A stretch of DNA of 64,000 nt from contig CAXHJY010000081.1 in the NCBI GenBank assembly GCA_964016885.1, positions 1 through 64,000 of the forward strand, given 5' to 3'. Position numbers and translations under genes: made by a program. Positions 53,547-64,000 of the stretch are shown piece by piece (within the stretch, counting starts at the first letter, position 1; each line of letters begins with the position of its first letter). The notes beneath the pieces are model-generated. The model made no database searches. It was not told the origin of the DNA and saw only the letters and a program-made list of their open reading frames with translations. Source of the DNA: Eledone cirrhosa. Its lineage: Eukaryota.

Positions 53547-55445
53547 GTTAGTTCCTCATATCTCCGTCTTTATCTTGTCCGAATTATGCTATGCATTCAT
53601 CTTCACATATATAAAGATTACTCCATGTTGTTGTTTGCGATGCACACTGCCATCATTTGTACTTGGAAATATGTCTTGAATACACAATGTGGAAGACATC
53701 TGTTGTACTCAGGTCTGGCCTGAGATGGGCTCCTAGTTCCTCACATCTCCATCTTTATCTTGTCCGAATTATGCTACGCATTCATCTTCACATATATAAA
53801 GATTACTCCATGTTGTTGTTTGCGATGCACACTGCCATCATTTGTACTTGGAAATATGTCTTGAATACACAATGTGGAAGACATCTGTTGTACTCAGGTC
53901 TGGCGTGAGATGGGCTCCTAGTTCCTCACATCTCCATCTTTATCTTGTCCGAATTATGCTATGCATTCATCTTCACACATATAAAGATTGCTCTTATCTT
54001 TGAGCAAATGTGAACTGGATGGCGTTTCTCTTTTGCGATGGTGTTTCCTAGTTTAATAATTTAAAATAAAAACAACTTATCTAATATAGGCGGCGAATTG
54101 TCAGAGTCGTTAGAATGTCGGATAGAATGCCTTATGGTATTCAATCCAGCTCTTTGCTCTATGAGTTCAAATCCCGCCGAGGTCAACTTTGCCTTTCATC
54201 CTTTCGATGTCGATAAAAAAAGTACCAGTCTAGTCATCATCATCATCATCACTCGTCGACTACTGTCGAGATGATGGATCTCACTCACATGCCCCAGAAT
54301 TCCCTGTCCCCCATCGCTGCCCCCCAGGTCCTGTCTACTGATTCCCGTATCCCCAGAGATAACGTCAGGGAATGACAGCTTCCTACTCCTAGTCAGGCTG
54401 GAGTCAGGGTTCCAGAGCAAGAGAGCGGATATGATTTCATTGCTGGCACGGTGACAGTACTGAGGTCGATTCTTCCTCTATATCTCTTTCTCATTTCCTC
54501 TCCCTCTCACTTTCTATCTTTCCCTGGAAGACATCTGTTGTAGCCAGGTCTGGCCTGAGATGGGCTCCTAGTTCCTCACATCTCCATCTTTATCTTGTCC
54601 GAATTATGCTACGCATTCATCTTCACATATATAAAGACTACTCCATGTTGTTGTTTGCGATGCCCACTGCCACCATTGTACTTGGAAATATGTCTTGAAT
54701 ACACAATGTGGAAGACATCTGTTGTACTCAGGTCTGGCCTGAGATGGGCTCCCAGTTCCTCACATCTCCATCTTTATCTTGTTCGAATTATGCTATGCAT
54801 TCATCTTCACATATATAAAGATTACTCCATGTTGTTGTTTGCGATGCACACTGCCATCATTTGTACTTGGAAATATGTCTTGAATACACAATGTGGAAGA
54901 CATCTGTTGTACTCAGGTCTGGCCTGAGATGGGCTCCCAGTTCCTCACATCTCCATCTTTATCTTGTTCGAATTATGCTACGCATTCATCTTCACATATA
55001 TAAAGATTACTCCATTTTGTTGTTTGCGATGCACACTGCCATCATTTGTACTTGGAAATATGTCTTGAATACACAATGTGGAAGACATCTGTTGTACTCA
55101 GGTCTGGCGTGAGATGGGCTCCTAGTTCCTCACATCTCCATCTTTATCTTGTCCGAATTATGCTACGCATTCTTCTTCACATATATAAAGATTACTCCAT
55201 GTTGTTGTTTGCGATGCACACTCCCACCATTGTACTTGGAAAGATGTCTTGAATACACAATGTGGAAGACATCTGTTGTACTCAGGTCTGGCGTGAGATG
55301 GGCTCCTAGTTCCTCACATCTCCATCTTTATCTTGTCCGAATTATGCTACGCATTCTTCTTCACATATATAAAGATTACTCCATGTTGTTGTTTGCGATG
55401 CACACTCCCACCATTGTACTTGGAAAGATGTCTTGAATACACAAT
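53547..55445 (+). repeat. 184-185-bp tandem repeat in two blocks (53547-53990 and 54526-55445)
   Basis: ggaagacatctg at 53691, 53876, 54526, 54710, 54895, 55080 and 55264. Confidence 0.9.
54236..54458 (-). mobile_element. RTE LINE 3' end with an (ATG)n tail, nested in a SINE (54088-54470)
   Basis: CHRASNEIISALLLWNP..RKLSFPDVISGDTGI. SINE sequence (gtaccagt..tactgaggtcgat) resumes on both sides. Confidence 0.7.
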
Positions 55446-55674
55446 GAACAAACAGCCTTGTACCACAGAACCGATGCAGTTTGAAGCGGTTTGGCAGTAA
55501 AAGGGTTAAACATGTTGACAGGAACTTAACTATCGTTTTTCAACCGTCTCTGCTGCCCTTCCTCAAAATAAACGTTGAAAGTCATTATTTACTATGGTGA
55601 ACTGTGTAAACCACACGGGAGAAATGGAAGACTTACAAAACATCAACACACTCCCATGGTGGGCCACATGGCTG

Positions 55675-55729
<55 letters not shown>

Positions 55730-55763
55730 GTTTATGTTTCTTGCCCCCCCCCTCTCTCTCTCA

Positions 55764-55799
<36 letters not shown>

Positions 55800-55830
55800 G
55801 TTTATGTTTCTTGCCCCCCCCCTCTCTCTC

Positions 55831-55865
<35 letters not shown>

Positions 55866-55958
55866 CTCTCTATAATAGATATATGTTTTCGGTGCCCCCC
55901 CCTCTCTCTCTCTCTCTCGTCTCTATATATATATATATATGTTTGTTTCTTGCCTGCC

Positions 55959-56002
<44 letters not shown>

Positions 56003-56027
56003 ATATTTATTTATTCCTCTCTCTCTC

Positions 56028-56086
<59 letters not shown>

Positions 56087-56253
56087 GTTTATTTTCCTGC
56101 CCCCCTCTCTCTCCCTCTCTCTCTCTCTCTCTCTATATATCATTCTTATTCATATCTTTCTAGCTCCCTTGCTCCACCCTCTCTCTATCTCTCTATCTTT
56201 TGTCCCCCCTCTCTCTTAGGCTCTCTTTCTCTTTGTTTGTTTATCTCTTGTCC

Positions 56254-56372
<119 letters not shown>

Positions 56373-56454
56373 TTATTTATCTATCTTCTCTCTCTCTCTC
56401 TTTCTCTCTCTCACACACACACTCTCTCTCTATCTATCTATCTATCCACCTCTC

Positions 56455-56499
<45 letters not shown>

Positions 56500-56648
56500 C
56501 TCTCTCTCTATCTATTTATTTATCTTCTCTCTCTCACACACACTCTCTCTCTATCTATTTATCTATCTGTCTCTATCTCTCTATCTCTCTACCCCTCTCT
56601 CTCTCACTCTCTCTATCTATCTATCTGTCTCTATCTATCTATCTCTCC

Positions 56649-56687
<39 letters not shown>

Positions 56688-56906
56688 TCTCTCTATCTAT
56701 CTATCTCCCCACCCCCTCTCTCTCTCCCTTACACTCTCATACCCGCCCACATATTTACATTAGCTACAAACAAACAACCCCGGTAAAAGCTGAAGAGTTG
56801 GTAGGGAAACACAAACAAGGTTAGAAAAGTTTTTTTAAATATCATTAAAAAAAAAAAAAAAAATATCATCAACAGCAACAACAACAACAACTACAACTAT
56901 AGCATA

Positions 56907-57290
56907 TACGAAGGTCGTCTAAAAAGTACATGGGCTGACCAAGATACTCTCGTGGAATGACCAAACGAGGTTCAGCGCAGTTATTAATAAGAAGAGTTGA
57001 AATTAATACTTGCAAGATTTCACAACTCTAGCATCACTCCTTCAAAGGCTGACCAAGATACTCTCGTGGAATGACCAAATGAGGTTTATTTTTCAACATA
57101 GTCCCTGGAAAGTTGAAATTAATGCATGCAAGATTTCACAACTCTAGCATCACTCCTTCATATGCTGACCAAGATACTCTCGTGGAATGACCAAATGAGG
57201 TTTATTTTTCAACATAGTCCCTGGAAAGAAACAACGCAATTATTTATAAGAGCTGAAATTAATGCATGCAAGATTTCACAGCTCTAGTAT
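56907..57290 (+). mobile_element. Possible Tc1/mariner end with about 115-bp tandem copies
   Basis: Starts TA-CGAAGGTCGTCTAAAAAGTAC. gctgaccaagatactctcgtgg occurs three times. Confidence 0.45.
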
Positions 57291-58450
57291 ACTCAGCTGA
57301 AAATGAGTGTCAGCGGTAACTTGGGGGTTTTAACCCTGCAATGGACTGGCGTCCTATCCAGGGGAGAGTCTTGTACTCCCACTCTCTTAACGCCACGGGA
57401 ACCAGGATAAGTACCGGCTTGATGAGCCCCCGGGCTTCAGACAGACTTTAGCCATGCAATGGACTGGTGTCCTGTCCAAGGGGAGTATTGAACTCCCAGT
57501 CGCTTAACACCACGAAAACCGATATAAGTACCTTGCCTGAAGAGCCTTCGGGCTCAAGACAGGCTTTAGCCATACAATGGACTGGTGTCAGCTGGAAAAA
57601 AAGAGGAAAAAAAAAAAAAGAGTTGTACCAGTAAAAGCGTGAAGGCGCGTGGCCTAGTGGTTAGGGTGTTTGACTTGCGATCATAATTGTTTCTACTTTT
57701 AGCACGGCCATAACTCTATGCTACAAAGAATGGTGTCCAACGCTCTACCGGTTCTGCCAATCTACCGCCTATTCGCGATCATAATGTCGTGAGTTTGATT
57801 CCTGGATTTGATTGTGTGGTTTTCATCAGCAAAACACTTTATTTCATGTTGTCAGCCGAAAATGAGTATCAACTATAGCTGGGAGTTAACCTTGCAATGG
57901 CCTAGTAGGTAGGGTATTTCACTTATGATCATAATGTCGTGGGTTTGATTCATGGATCAGATGTTGCTCAAGTCATCTCAGCCGAAAATGAGTATCAACT
58001 ATAGCTGGGAGTTAATCTTGCAATGGCCTAGTAGGTAGGGTATTTCACTTATGATATTAATGTCGTGGGTTTGATTCATGGATCAGATGTTGCTCAAGTC
58101 ATCTCAGCCGAAAATGAGTATCAACTATAGCTGGGAGTTAACCTTGCAATGGCCTAGTAGGTAGGGTATTTCACTTATGATCATAATGTCGTGGGTTTGA
58201 TTCATGGATCAGATGTTGCTCAAGTCATCTCAGCCGAAAATGAGTATCAACTATAGCTGGGAGTTAATCTTGCAATGGCCTAGTAGGTAGGGTATTTCAC
58301 TTATGATCATAATGTCGTGGGTTTGATTCATGGATCAGATGTTGCATTGTATTTATTTCAGTACACTCAGCTGAAAGTTAACCCTGGGATGGACTGGCGT
58401 CATGTCCAGGAGGAGGCGGGGAATTTTGTACTCTCTGACACTTAACGCTG
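57290..58450 (+). mobile_element. Second tRNA-SINE family (V-domain-like) with a 126-bp tandem array at 57852-58345
   Basis: Head GGCGCGTGGCCTAGTGGTTAGG (57643), domain ATGGACTGGCGTCCTATCCAGGG, units at 57852, 57978, 58104 and 58230. Confidence 0.65.
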
Positions 58451-59174
58451 ATAAATCAGAGATAAGCAGAGGCCTGAAGCGCCACCAACACAACCACCAG
58501 CATCACCAGCATCACAACCACCACAACCACCACCATCACTACCATCACCACAACCACTACAACCACCACCATCACCACAACCACTACAACAATGACCTCC
58601 CACTGCATGGCTCTCAACATCACAACCACCACCATCACTATCAAAATCATCAACCATTACCTCAATCACCTCCTCCCTACTCCTCTTGTCCCACCACCAC
58701 CACCACCGCCACCAACAACAACAACATAACACCACCACTTCAACCACCATTATCCCTACCACAATCCCCTACGGCCACCACCACCAGCAACACCACCACC
58801 ACCAGCAACACCACCACCACCACCACCAGCAACACCATCACCACCACCACCACCGCCACCACAGTCCCCCTACCACCACCACCACCACCACCGCCACCAA
58901 CAACAACACAACACCACCACTTCAACCACCATTATCCCCACCACAATCCCCTACCGCCACCACCACCAGCAATACTACCACCACCATCGCCACCACAGTC
59001 CCCTACCACCACCACCACTACCACCATCACTAGCAACACCACACCACCACCACCACCACCATCACCAACAACACCACACCACCACCACCACACAGTCCCC
59101 TACCACCAGCAACACCACCACCACCACCACACAGTCCCCTACCACCACCACCACCACAACCACCACCAACTGAC

Positions 59175-59232
59175 CTCCGTCGTGAGGTGTTTTCTCATCA
59201 CGTGATAGGTCACACTCCATTACAGCCGCCAT
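59175..59232 (-). CDS. Candidate first coding segment of a host gene (MAAVMECDLSRDEKTPHDG)
   Basis: Unique island between triplet repeats. Acceptor tttcag| at 59299, ATGGCG start, donor GAG|gtcagt. No homology recognised. Confidence 0.3.
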
Positions 59233-60064
59233 ATATAAGTCTATATAAATATTTTATAGACTCACCAGGCAGCGTTCTTCTCAGCTTTTATTTTTTCATC
59301 TGAAATTTTAATGTCTCTTTTAGATGACGTTTATATCGTTTTAATTTGGTCATTTTAGCCGTTTATTGTTACTGCTATTGTTGTTGTGGTGGTGGTGGTG
59401 TTGTTGTTGGTGTTGGTGGTGGTAGTGGTGGTAGTGGTGGTAGTAGTGGTGGTAGTGATGGTGTTGGTGGTGTTGTTGGTGTTGGTGGTGTTGTTGGTGG
59501 TGGTGTTGGTGTTGATGGTGTTGGTGGTAGTGGTGGTAGTAGTGGTGGTAGTGATGGTGGTGTTGTTGGTGGTGGTGGTAGTGGTGGAGGTGTTGGTGGT
59601 GGTGATGGTGGTAGTGATGGTGTTGGTGGTGGTGGTGTTGTTGGTGGTGGTGGTGTTGTTGGTGGTGGTGGTGTTGTTGGTGGTGGTGTTGTTGGTGGTG
59701 GTGGTAGTGGAGGTGTTGGTGGTGGTGTTGTTGGTGGTGGTGGTGTTAGTGGTGGTGGTGATGGTGGTGGTGGTGTTGGTGGTGGTGGTAGTGATGGTGT
59801 TGGTGGTGGTGATGGTGTTGTAGTCGGTGGTGGTGGTGGTGTTGTTGGTGGTAGTGGAGGTGTTGGTGGTGGTGATGGTGGTAGTGATGGTGTTGGTGGT
59901 GGTGGTGATGGTGTTGTAGTCGGTGGTGGTTGGTGTTGCGAGTGGTGTCGGTGATACTGGTGGTGTTGTTAGTTGTGATGTTGGTGTTAGTGGTGGTGTG
60001 GTTGTAGGTGCTTATGGTGGAAGTAGTTGGGGTGGGAGGGATTAATGGTACGTAATACATTAGA

Positions 60065-60130
<66 letters not shown>

Positions 60131-60371
60131 GCGAGAGTAGAGAGAGAGATATGAAGGTGAAAGAGAGATGACCGCTTGTGAAAATGTCCTTGATGACCTC
60201 TACAGTGTGATAAAAAGGGTTGAGGTAAATAAATACTTGACACACACAGACACACGTAAATCTGTGTGTGAGTACATATATACATACATATATATATACG
60301 TTTTTATGTATCTCTCTCTCTCTATATATATATATATACACAAACAATAGATGAGTTTGTGTAAGAGTGTG

Positions 60372-60406
<35 letters not shown>

Positions 60407-60424
60407 GTGTGTATATATATATAC

Positions 60425-60620
60425 CCCCTTTTTGCTATATGTCTCTCCACCACTCCCCTACACACTCTTTGAACTCTCTTCCCACACACTTTTCACCTGA
60501 AGAAGGGCTTATGCCCGAAACGTCGTTCCCCACCACCACCCCACTCTCAAGAGCGTGAAATTAATAAACATTTGTTTGTACTGCCTCTCTGTTTTGTTCC
60601 CGTTCAATTTTTCATTATAT
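60425..60620 (+). mobile_element. Family G element with HHR at 60494-60527
   Basis: cac-CTGAAGA-a gggc ttat gccc-GAAA-cg-TC-gt, followed by AATAAA. Confidence 0.75.
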
Positions 60621-60661
60621 ATATATATATATATATATACGCGTGTGTGTGTGTATGTGTA

Positions 60662-60720
<59 letters not shown>

Positions 60721-60829
60721 TCTTACACAAACTCATCTATTGTTTGTATATATATATATAGAGAGAGAGAAAGAGATACATAAAACCGTATATATATATG
60801 TATGTATATATGTACTCACACACAGAAAT

Positions 60830-62375
60830 ATATTTTCACTTCTCAACTAAGGTGACACTAACAGGCTGCCGAGGGCCAGAGATGTATTTTCCCTTCTCAA
60901 CTAAGGTGACACCACAACTACTTAACAAGACCGTTGAGGACCAGAGGTGTGTTTTCACTTCTCAGACTACTGAGAGCCAGGGGTATGTTTTCACTGTCCA
61001 ACTAAAGTGACACTGACAGACTGCTGAGGACCGGAGATATGTTTTGACTGCTCAGCTAAGGTGACACTGACTAACAAACTGGTGAGGGCCAGAGACGTGT
61101 TTTGACTGCTCAGCTAAGGTGACACTGACTAACAAACTGGTGAGGGCCAGAGACGTGTTTTGACTGCTCAGCTAAGGTGACACTGACTAACAAACTGGTG
61201 AGGGCCAGGGAAGTGTTTTCACTGCTCACCTAATGAGCGTTCTATTTTCAATGTATTTCACATGCATTGAGTGTATTTTTGAATCCATTCCTTTCATATA
61301 ATAAACTAGCTCTCAAACCTAAAAAAAAAATAGAAAATAATTATTTCTACTTTTGGCACAAGGCCAGCAATTACCCCAATGCATTACTGGTACTTTATTT
61401 TATCGACCCCGTAAGGATGAAAGGCAAAGTCAACCTATTTCCCACTTCTCAACTAAGGTGACACTACTTAACAAGACCGTTGAGGACCAGAGGTGTGTTT
61501 TCACTTCTCAGACTACTGAGAGCCAGAGTTATGTTTTCACTGTCCAACTAAAGTGACACTGACAGACTGCTGAGGACCGGAGATATGTTTTGACTGCTCA
61601 GCTAAGGTGACACTGACTAACAAACTGCTGAGGGCCAGGGAAGTGTTTTCACTGCTCACCTAATGAGCGTTCTATTTTCAATGTATTTCACATGCATTGA
61701 GTGTATTTTTGAATCCATTCCTTTCATATAATAAACTAGCTCTCAAACCTAAAAAAAAAATAGAAAATAATTATTTCTACTTTTGGCACAAGGCCAGCAA
61801 TTACCCCAATGCATTACTGGTACTTTATTTTATCGACCCCGTAAGGATGAAAGGCAAAGTCAACCTATTTCCCACTTCTCAACTAAGGTGACACTACTTA
61901 ACAAGACCGTTGAGGACCAGAGGTGTGTTTTCACTTCTCAGACTACTGAGAGCCAGAGTTATGTTTTCACTGTCCAACTAAAGTGACACTGACAGACTGC
62001 TGAGGACCGGAGATATGTTTTGACTGCTCAGCTAAGGTGACACTGACTAACAAACTGCTGAGGACCGGAGATATGTTTTGACTGCTCAGCTAAGGTGACA
62101 CTGACTAACAAACTGGTGAGGGCCAGAGACGTGTTTTCACTGCTCACCTAATGAGCGTTCTATTTTCAATGTATTTCACATGCATTGAGTGTATTTTTGA
62201 ATCCATTCTTTTCATATAATAAACTAGCTCTCAAACCTAAAAAAAAAAATAGAAAATAATTATTTCTACTTTTGGCACAAGGCCAACAATTACCCCAATG
62301 CATTACTGGTACTTTATTTTATCGACCCCGTAAGGATGAAAGTCAAAGTTAACCTAGGCGGGATTTGAACTCACA
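60830..62375. repeat. Nested tandem repeats: about 60-bp subunits within 430-490-bp units containing antisense S1 SINE fragments
   Basis: 61267-61696 is repeated at 61697. ctaaggtgacactgac subunits. Confidence 0.85.
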
Positions 62376-62482
62376 ACGTTATAATAATTGTTTCTGTAAC
62401 AACTACGACTTCAGTTTTTCGTGGCGTATTATTCAGCTGTTTCTTTCTTTCTTTTTTTTTTTTTTTCGCTGCTCAGCAGTCA

Positions 62483-62580
62483 ACCGGAAGTTACCCAGAT
62501 GCCCGGGCTGCGCATGCCCGTTTACAGCGAGCATGCTGCCAAGCAATTCTATGGTTGAAAAAGTGTCTCCAAACGTAAGC
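62483..62580. promoter_or_regulatory. Candidate promoter/first-exon island
   Basis: CpG-rich unique patch with ETS-like ACCGGAAGT and NRF1-like TGCGCATGCC. ATG at 62533 runs to donor AAC|gtaagc at 62575. Confidence 0.3.
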
Positions 62581-63276
62581 TCCACCGATACTAAACTGAT
62601 AATTAAAATGGGATTCAATTAAATTTGGTTAATTTAAAACAAAAAGAACTGAACTTATAAACATTTGCTTCTGTGGTTTAACTCCAAATGAAGCCATGTT
62701 TGAAAGTATGACTCAAGTGAAACTGTATTGAACTACGATTTAAGCACTTACAAAAACGAAGCGATTCTTTGATGCATTGGAATTTTAAAAGGTAGGGATC
62801 CACTTTAATATCATTATTAAAAATAATGAACTATTTATATTCAAACTAACCCACTAACAATCTTTATATATACGTATTGCAATGGGAGGGAGTTGGAATT
62901 AAAAAGAGAAAAAAATGAATTTGCTAAATTTATTTTTCAGGATCGTATAAAAACATAAAATAAATTTGACTTTGGAACGTCTGTTTAAATGTTTTGTTGT
63001 GTTCTTTTCAGTTTTCTGAGCTCTGACTACAAAGCCCATCGGGGTCAACTTTTCCCTTCATCTTTTCGAGATGGAGAAATAAAGCACCAGTCTATTACTG
63101 GGGTAGATTCTTCCTTCCACCCCCTCTGAGACCTAGAGAGAGAGGGATGGACTCTTCTAGGTTTAAATATAGAAGAAATCGGTTGTTTAGACTTGGAGAG
63201 GTATGAGCCCTTCTAGGTTTAAATATAGAAGAAATCGGTTGTGTTTAGATCTGGAGAAGGATGGACTCTTCTTGGT

Positions 63277-63420
63277 CCCTACTCACCACCATAGGTGCTG
63301 AGCTGGCCAGCTGCAGGTGTGAGCCTCGCGAGATGGAATGGCTCTTCCAGCGCATCTCCCTTATCACCCTCCGGGGAAATGCCTTCTCCATTCTGTCTGC
63401 CGGGGCTGTGGGGGCAGCCA
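63277..63420 (+). mobile_element. CRE-clade LINE C-terminal fragment
   Basis: SLLTTIGAELASCRCEPREMEWLFQRISLITLRGNAFSILSAG, an unexpanded homologue of 53330-53470. Confidence 0.75.
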
Positions 63421-63700
63421 GCACGTGCGACCACATTTGCTCACCATACTGTGAGATGGGGAGGGTGAGAGAGATGGAGGCAGTGACAGTGGGAGTTCGG
63501 CTCTCCTGTCTTCTGGCCCATTGCACCGTTCTAACCACATGCCCACAGTATTGGAAACAAATTGTAATATGGAATAAACTTGAGAAAATGGTATATATTG
63601 AGTTAGAAACTAAAAATAGTCTCTTACAATGTATGTTTATATCTGTGTTTATCTCTCTTTTATATTCATATATATATATCTATATATTCATAAATATATC

Positions 63701-63734
<34 letters not shown>

Positions 63735-64000
63735 TCAAAGGAACCTCATTTGTTCCTTGAAGGCCGTTCGTCACTCAAAATGTTCGTAAACAGAAATCGG
63801 TTTAGACCTGGAGAACAACTGGTTCCGCTAGTTTTAAAGGCCCAAGATGTATTCCACGACTGGGTCCCTATAACAGCATCAGGAGTTAGGGCCCAATGAT
63901 TGATCGATGGATGGAACACGTAAAAAGCCGAAGAATTTTCTTTAAAGAAAATGAAGAATAAATTAAGATGGCGGAGCTGGGGTGTTCAGAACTTATTTAA

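Noticed and set aside
53657-55436. Repeated ORFs MYLEICLEYTMWK..
   Set aside because: The 184-185-bp unit is not a multiple of 3 and has no recognisable domain.
57418-57565. HHR-like TTGATGAgccc..gggc and CTGAAGAgcc ttcg ggc
   Set aside because: No GAAA follows the hairpin. It fits a SINE 3' terminal stem-loop instead.

Overview
Repeat-dominated, AT-rich eukaryotic DNA. The SINE and MITE families and the huge (TA)n tracts resemble an octopus/cephalopod genome (inference). No long host coding region is supportable, and nearly all ORFs in the track are microsatellite read-throughs. The main signal is about 25 type-I hammerhead ribozyme (HHR) cores (stem I-CUGANGA-stem II-GAAA-palindrome-UH-stem I), some degenerate, plus about 14 half-cores, from at least 10 sequence families. 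They sit in short non-coding cassettes embedded in (TA)n and are often arranged as fold-back palindromes, as expected for non-autonomous Penelope-like or retrozyme elements. Notable cases are a 470-bp tandem HHR repeat with two diverged homologues showing covariation, a lineage with a compensatory U3-A8 core, family-specific helix-III palindromes, and a shared ACTC/GAGT bulged hairpin near the 3' ends. The window also has many tRNA-derived SINEs, RTE/CR1/CRE LINE remnants, TTAA MITEs, a 77-bp satellite built from a MITE end, a 79-bp satellite built from CRE endonuclease coding sequence, tRNA-Glu and U6 pseudogenes, and weak candidates for host exons and a promoter near 59-62.6 kb. All structures were paired by eye. 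No folding software or database search was run.
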